A stretch of 64,000 bases of DNA from Chrysomallon squamiferum (Eukaryota; Animalia; Mollusca): contig CM022673.1 of assembly GCA_012295275.1 (NCBI GenBank), forward strand, positions 4,774,001 to 4,838,000. Direction: 5' to 3'. A program made the translations under genes and the position numbers. A model generated the notes under the pieces. It searched no databases. It was not told the origin of the DNA and was given only the letters and a program-made list of their open reading frames with translations. Below, in pieces: positions 14,202-28,356 of the stretch; positions within the stretch are counted from its first letter, which is position 1; every line of letters starts with the position of its first letter.

Positions 14202-16210
14202 CTGTAGTAGTAGTAGCAGTAGTAGTAGTAGTAATAATGGAGATGGTAGTAGTAATAGTTGTATTAGTCATTGGAGTAATAACAATAACAACAACAACAA
14301 CATTGACTATAATAAAAACTGAGAACATCATAACTTAATGTCACCAGATTTGTGTCAAGAAATGTTTGTTTTAACATGCAATAAGACAATCATTAACAAG
14401 AACAGTTCAATTTTCCGGTTCTGTCAACAGGGAATGGAGCAGATCATCGAAACTGTTACCAAGTCAATGGTGTAATTCGTCAGAGTTAATTCCTTCCAGT
14501 CTATTTGTGTTTTCCAGTTTGCTCAGACCTTCCCAGATCACTGTTGACATCATTAAGATGGTCAAGAAATGATTACTTCTAGGAATGATTGATCAGAAAG
14601 CATGGGAAACCAGCCAGGACTTGTAACTTGCTCACTGAGAAATAAGAAGAGTATGTGTTTTTAAAGAAGTCATTACACGGACCATAATTACTTGTGCGCT
14701 ACTTAGACATCATAGCCCAAGACGTTTAAAAATGATTGTTTTCTTTTTATCAATTACCGTACCTTCCATTTTGATGATGATTTGTTACACAAAAAGATAT
14801 CTTTCAACCAAAACTAATTGGTTACTTTCTATTTCATATGACTGTAGTTTCATCAGCTGCACCTCCCGATCTATGGGAAGGTGGAAATAAGACAATTCCT
14901 TGCTGGTTATTGATAAGAGTAAATCCTTTCTTAAATCAACATCTGTACAAACGAATGTCTGATACCTAACATTCCATTAGTATCAAAGAGTGTTAAGGCA
15001 ACTTTAAAAGTTTTTCATTAGTTTAAATTAACGATGTAGGTTTTGGAAACATTAATAAATTACAAAAACAATTCTAGTTTTGTGATTAATATATGTTTTA
15101 TGGCTTTGAAGTATTTAAAACTCTGGTACTTACTTCTTTTTAATAACTGTTCATGAAATATGTTTGGCTTTATCTTAACAATCAGTGTTTAATTTTGTTG
15201 TAAGAGACTATTTAGTAATCTCTGTAAAGTGACATATTACATGATCAGTATTTCTATGTATTCCAATCAAAACCTCATTTGCCAAAGAGCTGTTCGCAGT
15301 AAGGTATAGATAACAGATAACTTACTGTTAATCACATACATACATACATATATACAACATACACACACACATATACATATATTCATATATACATACATGC
15401 ACATACACACACACAAACATACATATATATGCATACAAAGATGTATACATACAGACATGGAATGAAAGCAATAGGTTTTTTTCTCAACTCATTGATACAC
15501 AAACAAACTCTTGTCAAGCAACAACAATTAATACGAATATAATGCAGCATCATTTAACATTCATTTGCTCAAAAATTATTTTAATCAAAATGGATCCAAA
15601 CATTTCCCCATTAACAATCAGACTTCTTTTAAAAGACAATACCTGCAAATGCATTTTGGTATTTGTTTGCGGTTTTCGAAAGGGCAAAGGATTAGAACTA
15701 ACACAACTGAGCTCTTGACATTAATTTACCAGTCGATTAATCAAAGCTGAAACACAGCCACACTCTAATGTGTCTGTCTATGGAACAACCTGACTTGTAG
15801 GAAGCGACCAAGATAAAAGTTCTGCGCTAAGTGACAAGAACAACTGAAAATAGACGCCAAAAATGCAGCAGACAGATTCTTAATATGAACGTCTCACAGA
15901 TAATGGTGCTAAAATTACACCGTTTCAGCACCGCATTGTATATGTCTGTTCACATGTTTGTTGGTCTCTCTGTCTGAATGTGAGTGATAAGTAAATGAAT
16001 GCTTAATGATAATAATAATAATAATGTGTCAGAGATAATAGTGCAAAAATGACAATCTTGCAGGCCTGTTTCTTTGTCGTCTTGGCTGGTGTATGCCCGT
16101 CTTTGTGTCTGTCTGTGTGTCTGTTACGTGTGTTATTTCATAAGTGTAAAGATAATGTGTCTGAAGAGTAAATGATGCCAAGGCAACCAGTTAGCACTTT
16201 GTTGTTTGAA

Positions 16211-16433
16211 TGTGTGTGTGTGTGTGTGTGTGTGTGATTGAGTGTGGCTGAATGTGTATGTATGTGTATGGTTGGGTGTGTGTATATGTTTGTGTGTGTA
16301 TGTATGTGTGTATGTGTGTGTATGTATGTGTGTATGTGTGTATGTGTGTGTATGTGTGTGTGTGTGTATGTATGTGTATGTATGTGTGTGTGTATGTATG
16401 TGTGTGTATGTGTGTGTGTGTGTATGTGTGTGT
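16211..16433. repeat. Compound (GT)n/(GTAT)n microsatellite
   Basis: Direct reading; it generates the spurious C/V/M/Y and H/T/I ORFs. Confidence 0.95.
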
Positions 16434-17741
16434 TGGGGGGGCAGGTGTATGGATGCATATAAATGTTTACATAAAATTACAAATTACAATAACTTAGTAT
16501 CAGTGATACAACTGGTACTTAAGTAGTTACATTTTAATACTTGTCTTGTCTGTGCTGGTGTGTGTCTACTGTCTTCATAACAACGTTTCACAGTTAATGA
16601 TGACAAAATTACAATCTTGTACTACTCTTTTATCTTCATTACTGAATGTCTGTCTAGATATCTGTTATATATTTGTTTTTAGCTCACTTTGACAGTCTTA
16701 ATAGCCATAATCCCGACACAGTGGCAATAACATTACAACATTGTCTTGATTTGTTCATGTCTGTAAAGTCTGAGTCCTATGTTCACAACTGTGTCTGAGA
16801 TAATTACACACTGACCTTTTAACTGTCTTCAGTTTTGCTTTTGTTATATTTTAATAACTGTACTTTGTTAACTGCTTAAGAATAAAAAATTCCTTTTTGA
16901 ATCTTAAGGGGATGTTTATATGTTTAAAGTGTTTATGTATGAATTCCCGTATATGTGTGCATGTGTGTATGTATGTGTGTCTGTGTGTGCATGTACATAC
17001 ACAATGTATACGCACTTATTTACACAATGTCTGGATTTTCTTACAAGGGCATAACCATTTAATAGGAAGGTGTACACAATGGAATAACAAAAGCAACAGC
17101 TAGCTGCTGCAGTGAAAATCAATTACTGAAGTACTTGATGTCAAACAAGGTCTAAGAGTTAATTAGTGTCAAAGCTTCTTTAGCTTCACATGAACACTCA
17201 AGCATAATGTTACCAAACTTGGCAAAGTGTTTAATCTTCAGACGAATCCTTAGAGATACAGTGGGTTGTAAGATCAATTCTCCGAAGTGCACCCATCTGG
17301 ATAAATTTTCAATTCTAACCAGTGCTCTAATAGTTATTATTAAAAACTAGTGTTTGTGTGTGTGTGTGTGTGTGTGTATTTTCCTGCCCATGAGAAGCTG
17401 CACATGAAACATATTACTCTGCTGATGAATAAGAATAGGCCATGAAATGGCAGAAATACATTTCTTTACACGATTATAATATAAAAAAATGTGTCTTTAA
17501 AAACCTAATTCTTTGTTAACTAGCAATAAGGGATCTTTATTACACACCTTCCATGAGACAGTAAAGTACAAATCACAATGAGTGCACTGAAGAAGGTTCA
17601 TCCAAGGATCTATGACACTTCAGATAAAAAAAAAAAAACCAAAAAAGACATTTTGCAATTGAATAATCGAAGTGTATTTAAATATAAAAAAAGATTTAAA
17701 TTTTTTTTTTAAATATATATTTTTTAAAATCTACTCAGCAC

Positions 17742-17808
17742 CTGTACTTGATGGTTTGTTTTTCTCCAGTTCTTCATTTATCAGTAATGGAGCTCCAGGA
17801 AGTAAAGC
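17742..17808 (-). CDS. MLH1: MLH1 exon (5' part of human exon 12 equivalent)
   Basis: (t)22gcag|GCTTTA...ACAG|gtgctg; 67 nt; ALLPGAPLLINEELEKNKPSST(G), compare human TLLPG. The phase-1 end matches the next exon. Confidence 0.88.
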
Positions 17809-17898
17809 CTGCAAAAAAAAAAAAAAAAAAAAAAGAAATCAATAATTTTAAATACTCTTGTAGAGCAGGTTAAAATATATTTCTCTGTGTACAGCAGT

Positions 17899-17906
<8 letters not shown>

Positions 17907-17972
<66 letters not shown>
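17907..17972. repeat. (CT)n microsatellite
   Basis: Direct reading; about 100 nt upstream (minus sense) of an MLH1 acceptor. Confidence 0.95.
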
Positions 17973-17976
<4 letters not shown>

Positions 17977-20485
17977 GAATGTGTGTATGTATATTCACAC
18001 ACACACACACACACGTATGCATATACATTACTGCATCTGAGCACTCTTATGTTCCTGCATGCATGAATAAAAACTGTGCCTACTGAAGCCATCATCAAAA
18101 AAACATTTCACTTTATACAGATAGTTTTTGTTTATATCCTGTAATATTCAAGATCAAGGCCAGAACTTGAAAAACAACTGAAAACACAGTCTGTATGATG
18201 CTCAGAAAACATTTTGAAATGCTAAATAAATATTTTCTTTCTCAGAAACAAAGCAATCATAATTAAAAACAAGTCAGTGAAGATGTGGAAAAACAATCAG
18301 TGGTTGGTTCACTTAAGGACTGTACAATGGTAAATTAGATGATAACGTGAGGTCTTTCCAGATGGGAATTAAAACTAGAGTATGTTCATTTTTTTTAATT
18401 TCTAAAGAACACGTTTGAAAGAAACCTTTTCAAAGGAGTTGAAAAACATACAAGAATTAAAAAAAAAAAAATTATAAATAAGGTAATGACATTTTAATGA
18501 TATATAAAAAAAATTAACTAATAATAATAAAAAGAGTAATAAAATTTTAAATAAATGCATAAAAAAAAAAAAAAAAAAAAAAAAAAATAATAATAATAAT
18601 AATAATAAAACTAACTAAATAAATAAATAGATAAACAAACCGGTGAAATTTTCAATAGACAAATAAAAATTTAAATAATAAAAAGAAATTTTTAAAATAA
18701 AACCAGAACCAACAAAAAATTAATAAAGCAAAACATAAATTATGGATTCTGATTTAAAACAATTATCTACTGACTGCACAATCAAATCTTTAACTAGAAG
18801 GAAAATAGAATTATGATACTGTATAAGAAAAAAACAAGAAATGATACTGATAATGATTACATTTAAAAAATTTGTTTGAACAAATTAAAATCAGTGAAAA
18901 TTCTAAATAAAGAATGAATTTAAAATTACGAAAAATAAATGGCTCCAGTTATTTTTGGTTTTATAAAAAGAATTTTTAATGTTGTTAAGTTTCGTTTGTT
19001 TTTCAAAACATATTTTTATTTGTTTTCTGTCTGGATGTAAATTATAAATAATTTAATTAAGAAATGATGTAAAAATTTGTAATGAAAATGTGTGGAATTA
19101 AAATCTTCTATTAATAAAACAAACAAATACGTCAGTGACAAATGGTTAAGAAAACAAGAAGAAGACAAACATTATCCATACACATTCATTACATTAATTC
19201 CAAATTAATATATAAAACACCATCCATGTCAAGAAAAGTCAAATTAAGAACAACATCCTTTAACTAAAATGATGGATTTGTAAATAAACCAATGAGAAAA
19301 ACAAACTAATCATTACAAGTCATTGCCCAGGCAAATGTTGTTGCACCATTGCATAAACAAATGGATTGACAACTGTGGTTATTAATTGAAAAATATACTT
19401 TAATGAATAACCAGACGTAAAAACAGGTCAATGTACAAGAAAACCATATAAACAAATTTGTTATATCAAATTTTGATATGTTGTTAAAAATGGGTTTATG
19501 TGTATTTTATCTTTCTAATCTAGTAACTGAACTGATAGATATTAATTTTTAAAAATACTTTTGTAAACACTATTATTTGCTGGATCTAAAAAACAACAAC
19601 AACAAAAAATACAAATAAAAATACAAAAAACAAGCAAAAAGAACCATTCCTTTTTTTCTGGACAATTTGGCCATGCACATATAGACACATACAGACACAG
19701 ACATACACACGCTATAAACACACATATACACTTACTTATATACCCTCATATACAAACACATACATGCACATATATTATACACATACATGTAGAAAAAATA
19801 CATTTTACAAAAAAATAAAAAATAATAATAATTCAGATTTCAAACAAAATTCCTGTAGACAGCTAAACAGAATGAAAACTGTGCCACATCGGGTGTTTTC
19901 ATCATGTTTTTTGGACTGTCTGTCTTCAAGAACTGTGTGAAGTACTCTATAAAAGAAACCATTCCTAGCTGAAAGGATTGCTGGACGATCCTTCTGATAA
20001 GATTTTAAGAAATTCTGTACTTGTTCTTTTCTCAGCACTGGCAGTATTGGCCATATTTCAGTTCTTAACATGACACTCAGACAATCAGACACTACTGTCA
20101 CAGCTGTCTCTGAAAAACCCAGTCTGTTCCATATGATGTTCTGTGCAGTCTGGATAAATGTTTCTATGTCTGTCACATTGTTCTGGCTTTCAAATTTTCA
20201 ATAGTGTTTTCAGTTAATCAGACTATTTTTATTATTATTATTATTATTATAATAATATATATTTTTTCTTACTTATTGTGAACTGTATAATGTCCAGTCT
20301 TGAAATGATCTGTTAAATTAATGGATTTTTGTTTTTCTTATGTCACTTTCAGATGTTCTTTTTTCACTGTTATTCTTTGTTGGGGCTTTTTTTTTTATTC
20401 TGGGGAGGATGGATTCAGCAGCAACAAAATTTTCCATTACACACACATTAAAACTGAGCAACAAAGGATATGTAAAACTACACAC

Positions 20486-20639
20486 CTGAGTGAAAAAGGT
20501 TCTGGACGTGTTTGATCCTAGAAGTTTTGTTTCTATGACACACTGAATACTTTCAGTGATGGAGTCTTCGTGCAGGAAATGTACTTCATGTTTGGTGGGG
20601 TGAATGTTCACATCAACGTTCTGTGCAGCTATTTCTAAA
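20486..20639 (-). CDS. MLH1: MLH1 exon (human exon 11 equivalent)
   Basis: ttgtag|TTTAGAA...ACTCAG|gtgtgt; 154 nt; (S)[51 protein letters not shown] with the MutL DVNxHPTKxEV motif. Confidence 0.97.
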
Positions 20640-22643
20640 CTACAAATAAATAAATAAATATGTATTTATTTTCTAATGAAAGGTGTTTACATAAGTAATT
20701 AACAACAACAGTGACAACAATAATAACAAAATCACAAAATCTTATTTTGGGTTTTTAACTTGGTATGTATTTGGGTTTTCATGTGTGTTCAGGAATGGAA
20801 ATACATTTAAATAGCAATCTTAAAGTGCAAAAAAGAATTTAGGTTAAAATGCAAATGAATTTATAATAACAATAACAACAACAACAACAACAACAACAGC
20901 AACAACAACAGCAACAGCAACAAATGTTTTGAAAACAAAACCCTTTAAACTAAACAAAATAAATTAGGAACTAATTACCCCACCAAAAAAAAAAAAAAAT
21001 TTAAAATTTAAAAATTAAAAAGATATATTTAAGATTAATAATAATCTGAAAAGGCAATGACAAATACCTTTATAATATAAATGTACTTTCTGTTATGAGA
21101 AATATAAACATAAATTACTTTAAATATTTCATAATTTTAAAATATATTATTAAACATTTTTAATTGGATTTTAAGAATAATACAAAAAAAAAAATAAAAT
21201 AAAATAAATAAATAAAAAAAAAACAAGGCCAATACTATATAACAATATACATATTTAAATCAGCTATTTTGTATTTTATATTTTTAAAACTACTTGTTTT
21301 CTTACAATTATATGTACACATTAAAAAAAAAAAAATAAAAAAAATATATATATAAATCTTCATTTTGTACCTTTTGCTCATTAGAAATATAATCAAAATG
21401 ATGGCGCTTCTTAATAACAGTATAACCACAAATTGTGTGATTCTTGCCATTTCCTTGTACATGTATACTACATGTTTTTATTAATTAGACCCAGTGATAG
21501 GAAATGTGATTGTCAGTAAATCAATAGATATATAAAACACAGATGTAAATGGATGATACAGATCTTGTTCAGGTAAAATAAATGTTTAATGATACCTTGA
21601 TAAAAAAAAGTTTACCAACAGAGATAAAATTTTAATAATTATTTAATGTGAGCAGAAAGTCAATGATTTTTTTTATCAATAAATAAAAATGGAAATAGGC
21701 TTTTTTGTTAATAGTGGCTTTTATTATTATTATTATTACTATTACTACTGCTGCTACCACTACTACTACTATTATTTTTACTACTACTTGTGTTGTTGTT
21801 ATTATTATTTACATTTTTAATCATTATTCATGCTGATAAGAAATTCTGTGATACTTGTTTGTGAGTTGTTTTTAGAAACAAAGCAAAGGTTCATCGTTTT
21901 CAATATTACTGACTTATTATTATTATTACTATTACTACTATTATTATTATTTTACCAATCTGTTCATGTATGCCTAACATGGACACAATTTCTGAATACA
22001 CATAAAACCAAAAGTTCATTCCAGGACTGAAAACTCATTTGTATTACTGAACAGGTGATAAACCATTTGAATTACTGAAGTGAACATTATCTGTATTCAC
22101 AAAATCTTATCATTTTATCATCATTTCTAAGTGATATTTTATCATCAAAATCTGATTTTTTTATAATCATTATGTAACCTTCTTTTAATTTTTTTAAATG
22201 TGCACACACACACACATCATCAGCATTTAATACTTTTGACATTATGAATGCATTTTAACATGTTTTCTTATTTGAAGTTCAAATATCAAATGCCACTTCA
22301 CATTTATATTTTCTACTTCTTGTAATGACTGTAAAATGTCAACAGTTTCTGTACAGCAGTGACAAACTGATTTATCAGGGAGAGTAATCCTACAAGTTAT
22401 ACCAAAAAATGAAGGACATACTTGAGGTTGTGTTTTTTCTTTAATTGGTTTTTTAATTGTTTTTATTTTGTGTCTGAGGTTTCAGTGTGGTCTTACAGGC
22501 AGTTTGATAATAAAAATGAAAATATAACAGTGATATATGTAAAATATGTAAGCAAATGTAGCAGTGATATATCTAAGAGGACAGTGAAATAAAATATAAA
22601 TGAACATTTCACACTGGTAAGCTGTATGACTATTTGATATGTC

Positions 22644-22645
22644 AA

Positions 22646-22688
<43 letters not shown>

Positions 22689-22725
22689 AAATGTATAAAT
22701 AAATAAATAATAATAATAATAATAA

Positions 22726-22756
<31 letters not shown>

Positions 22757-22800
22757 AAGAAGAAGAAGAAGAAGAAGAAGAAGAAGAAGAAGAAGAAGAA
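22644..22800. repeat. Compound (AAAT)n(AAT)n(AAG)n microsatellite
   Basis: Direct reading. Confidence 0.95.
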
Positions 22801-24017
22801 AAAATAATGATAATAATAATAAGAAGAAAAAGAAGTAAAAAAAAGAAAAGAACAAAGAAGATATAGTTAAGATATTTTGGGCTTTAAAACAAGATTTAAT
22901 AATTAACCTCCCTCATAACTTTATTGAGCAGGTTTTAAAAATAATCCCAAGATTCAAAAATAATTTCTAAACTTTATAAACCTCTCCTCCATTTTCTGTA
23001 ACTAGTCTGGTGAAATTTTTAGCTGTAAAACATGAATCAACAATTAAGAAGCAATTTATTGAAAATCTTTTTCAAAACTGAATTAATGGATTTGTTTGAT
23101 CTGGGTCTTTTGAGCATCAGTGGTCTTACTATTTTTGAAAACCTAATATATTCACATCCTTTTCTGAGACATGAACATTCTTGTAGACTGTGTTCTGTAG
23201 TTGAAAGAAAATTGTTCTAATAATAAAAAAAATTATTAAAAAAAGATGAAAATATCATGATCTGTGGAACTAAAATAAAAATAGCGTGGAGGAGGAGGAG
23301 GAAACAATAACTTTATTATTCTTCACACAGTTATGGCAAAACTAAATGGAAATTTAATTTCCAGTCACAGAAGTCTTCACATAAAGAAAATCAGTAATAA
23401 AAGCAGGTGTGGGCTGTAAGCTTAGAGGAAAAATCTTTGTCTGAGGTATGAACAAAATGAAGGACCGATCCTTCATGGAACACTTATTAAGCCATTTTCC
23501 AGTTTGTTTGGTGCTCCGTAATAATGTGTGCAAAATTAAGTGCTTTCCTGAATAATATTTGATTAAAAAAAAAAAAAAAAAAAAAAAAAAAGTATAATTT
23601 AAAAAAAAAAAAAAAATTCCACAAGCAATTCTTACTGATCATTTACATGCACTTCACATTCATTGTAAAAATCTGTCCTGGGAAATCTGTTGGAATGGGC
23701 CAACAGGTTAAATAAAGGAAAATTGATTCTGAAAATCTGAATGTCTGAGGCCAGTGCTGTAAATCTTCTCAAGTGTAATTCTGGATAAGCTGATCCTGAC
23801 AGAACTAAAGGAAGTCAGTCCAGTGTAACAGATGTGGCTGAATCTGTGAAAGGCTGAACCGGGCACTGCTTCTTATTTCCTTTTTTTTCTTCTCAGAACC
23901 CCTTTTCAAATAATTTTGAAGGTTGGTGCTACTTGTAATTAAATTTTAAACTGGTATAGCAGTACAATGAACCATGCAGTAAAGTTAAACCATATACATG
24001 TTTCAGTATATTCAGTA

Positions 24018-24351
24018 TATGTCTGTCTGTCTATCTATATCTAACTATCTATCTACCTATCTATCTAATCTATATCTATCTATCTATTAATCTATACACT
24101 GATTTATCTATCTACTGTAATTATCTGTCTATCTATATCTAACAATCTGTCTACATATCTATCTAATCTGTATCTATCAATCCATACATTGATCTATCTA
24201 TTTATCTATATCTAACTATCTATCTAATCTGTATCTATCTATCTTTCAATCCATACATTGATCTATCTATCTACTATATTTATCTATCTATATCTATCTA
24301 TCTAATCTGTATGTATCTATCTATCTATCAATCCATACATTGATCTATCTA
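24018..24351. repeat. Degenerate (TCTA)n satellite with a higher-order unit
   Basis: Imperfect tcta repeats with recurring caatccatacattgatctatcta (about 24178, 24247 and 24329). Confidence 0.85.
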
Positions 24352-25142
24352 GAGTATTTAGATATTGGCAGAATCAATGATACCAAGGATAACAGAATTC
24401 ACCGTCCCATCATGCTGACACCAGAGCTGTTCCACTATTTTAACTGATACACAGTTTAATGAAAACAACATAAAGAACTACCCTACCAGTGAAAAAGGAT
24501 TCATCTTTAATCATCTTATCATGAAAAACACAATACCAAGAATAATTATCCAGTCTATAATTAAAACAAATTGTGCTTGAAAGTGAGTTTAAAAAATTAA
24601 AAAGTCATAATTTTATAAAATGCATAGTAAAAAAAATATATATATTAATAAAACAATAAAAAAATAAAATTTTGAGCACGTATAGATAAAACTCTTTATC
24701 TACAGAACCATACATAAAAATTTTTATTTAATAAATAAACAATAACTTTAAACAATGTTGAAATAAAAGTAATAATCTCTCTTCAAAAATTCATAAACCT
24801 CTTTCATTACTGTTGATTATAATGCAACACAGAAAAATTTAAAAAATAATTTTAATCTTCTTTTTTTCAAAAGGTCAAAAATAAATGTCATTCTGATTTT
24901 TAAATAAATAAATAAATAAAGGTGTTAAATTTTATAAATTTAAAAAAAATGTCTTTGTTTATACAAGACAGACAATAGATAGAGAATATATGGATGGATG
25001 GATAAATGCTTTTTAACTTGAAGAGATATGGATGGATGTTTAGTTAAAAGTAATGTAAATATATCATTCAGGTCATAATAAAAATGTCACATTTTGAAAC
25101 CTAATGATAATACACATAGTACTAATGTCAAAATTTATATAA

Positions 25143-25511
25143 ATGTGACCCAGCACATATAACCAGGTCTTTAAGTAGAATTTTGGCTGACTGGTGTTAT
25201 TAACATTTTCAGATTCCTGACTCCATAAGCTTCATTTTGAACCTCATTCACCTCTGTATCACTTTTAGTTTCAGAGATAGATTGGGCACTTAGGAAGTAA
25301 CAGTGTTCATTTAAGTGCTCTAAAACATATCTTAAGATTAATAACTGTCAGTTTCATCTCTGGATCAAAGAAATAAGGTGTACATATAAACCAATTATTA
25401 ACATATCGAAATATAATTTTTTTTTGGTCACTCCACTATTGCTGGCTAAAGTTTAATAAGTTAATATGTGGTTATGAGACTTAGGACTTGGTTCTTTGTG
25501 AAGGGTCACAT
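25143..25511. mobile_element. Non-autonomous TIR element (MITE), copy 1
   Basis: Imperfect ~35-bp TIRs ATGTGACCCAGCACATATAACCAGGTCTTTAAGT and ACTTAGGACTTGGTTCTTTGTGAAGGGTCACAT. The internal motif attttcagattcctgactccataagcttcatttt recurs as its reverse complement in copy 2. Confidence 0.7.
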
Positions 25512-26268
25512 CAGTAACAAGAGTGAAGAAAAGATTAAAGTTACTATAAAAATGAAAATATCCGGAAAACTGATGCTCTGCCCATTTAAACACAATCTAA
25601 GCTAAGTCATAAAACTAAGTTACAGCCTGAAAAATAAAATATATATTTCAAAAAAAAAATGAAATCATTGTTTGAAGGAATCAGACAAAGAGAACTAATG
25701 TAGGCCAAGCAACCTGTCAGAAACACAAATTGATGACAAATATTAAAACAGCAAATGACAATTTTTTTTCTTTGTTTCAGTTTTGAGGTTTATATTTTTT
25801 GTTTATTAGTATTATTTTTTTTTAAATAAAAAAAAATCTGAAAGCAATTTCTTTTGTGACATACAGACTAGATACTATTTTGACTGAACCAGTTTAACTT
25901 TCACATTCTCAGGTTCACAAAAAGATTATTACAAATCACTAGAATTCAACAGAGACTGGTGTGGTAGTAAAATCGTAAAAAAGATGTTTTATAATTCATT
26001 TAAAAGCCAACATACATTACTTCTCAACAAGAGATCTGTCGAATTACACAAAATTTAATCAAACTGATCTCTTTTGTATCAGTGATGTCATAAAACAGTC
26101 ATTTATTTTGTAAACCTATTCCATTTCCTCAAAATATCTGTCACAAGGTTTAAATTTCAGCTGTGACAGATTTTTGTATTTTCAATAGTTTCTCTTGATC
26201 TATGTAGAAATCAGTTCATCCAATACTAATGATCTGTACTGGGGTAATACAAAGTGATGAAAAAAAGT

Positions 26269-26301
<33 letters not shown>

Positions 26302-28356
26302 AAATAATAAATAATTAGTAACAACAGCCACAATAATATTTATAATAATGGTGATGGTAACAATATTAATATTACTACAACTACTACTACTACTACTAAT
26401 AATAATAATAAGAAGAAGAAAAAATACAACAATAAACAAATTAATAAATAGATAATATTTTAATAAAACTTGTGAATAAAACCCTCTCCTTTAACACCAT
26501 ACAAGTTTACATATTACTATATTTATTTTCATTATAATAATTCTCCATAATCTTTACGCATCTCTGGATGCTACAATTTTACAGAGATTTGTATTCTGGC
26601 AGTTTGGTAATGGATAAACATCTGGTGGAATCTCACACTTAATAATAACACATTTTACACTTAACTCAAATTTTGTGTCCCTGTTTTGGTTTTGCTTTTT
26701 AAATAATTTTATGGCATGTAAAGATTCATGGAGTAGGGATATTAGGCTGAAGAGACTGCACAAATTTATTTTTCCTTGGTACGCACAACACATTGTGTTT
26801 ACTCCTCACAAGGTCACTGTAAAACATTTCTTTCTTACATGCTGTATTAGTGACTGTATTAGCATGATGTATGGTAATAATCGCCAATAACTATTCTTCC
26901 TCACACACCAACACAAGATTTAGGGATTTAATAACTTTACTACAGTGTCTTCAGCAATTCAATTTTCTTTTCTCACGCTGTGCAGTAAAACTGAAGTAAA
27001 TATGCTCTGACCAGTGAAACCATTTGTAATGGAAAGTCAGTGCACCAACCATACAGGCGCCGATGCATAATAATTTGAAAGATTTTGATGTTGAAATTTT
27101 GATTGGATTATACTGAAACCTGGCAATAGTGGTGATTACTGTGCCTTTGGCCCTTATTTTTATAACTCTTCATTTATCCTGCCATCAACTCATGGTACAT
27201 CTAGCTGTGGTATGTACTGCAGTGCTAACTAAGAACAACTGGCAGAAAGTACCATAAGAGAGACAGAGTTTAACATTATGATCTAATATTAAATTGTTTA
27301 CCAAGCTTGATAGTTATGATGAATTTACTATCGTTTTAGTGTTCACCTAACACACCTAGAACCTTTGCCTCTGAAATCTGGAATACTATTGCTGCTTACC
27401 TATTATTGTGTATGGCTTAGAACCAATGTAACTTCTTCTTCTTTTTTTTTTTTGAAGATAGCTGATGTTGAATGTTATGAAAATATAGTTTATTTGAACT
27501 TTAATAATAATGGAAAATTATGTGCCAGTTTTAATAACTTCTTTAACATCAAGTTATTTATTTATTTGTTAATTAATTAATTTATTTTCTGGTGCAGTCA
27601 ACAGAAAAAGTATTAATGTAACCATTTCTAGTAAAATCTTAAAACTGAAAAAAACACGACAGCACGACATTTTTCAGTGATGGCTTGACAGCTGGTACTG
27701 TGACTTAATTTCTTATTTGATGTGCTTAATTGCAAATGTCACGGTGACTTGTTCCGAAATAGAACATTCTTTCTGATATATCAAGTCTACCGGACTGTGA
27801 ATATACAAGATTTGTTGCTGCCTAAAGATAACTGTTTCAGCAATGGGCTTCACATTTCAAATGGTTATTATAAAAACCATCATTCGTTCTTCATAACGAT
27901 CATTAACTTTTATTTTATTAGTATTATTATTGTTTAAAAAATATGTAAGGGTGTCATTTAACAAATTTCGATTCATTAATTCAGGTGACCCATTTTCGGC
28001 ACAATCTGAACATGCTTTGAAGATCAGTTTCTTTAATGGAGAAAAGAAGGTGAATCAACACAACCACAACCAGTGACAAAAAAAAAAAAAAAAAAAAAAA
28101 CAAAGAAGAAAAAAAAAGATATCTATGTCAGATTTCTAGACAGGTCAATAGATGGGTTAACTGGTTACCTGATTTCTGCAGCCAGTTAGACAAACAATTC
28201 ATCCATTAGCTACATTAATAATAAATGACTTTTGGCTATCTAGTCCAATGTCAATGTATGAATGTGCTTGACTATGTGGAAAATTTGATAATTTTTAAAA
28301 AATAATATTATATACTAACAGCAAAATAATTCTGTTAATTTACCACAATGCTGGTA

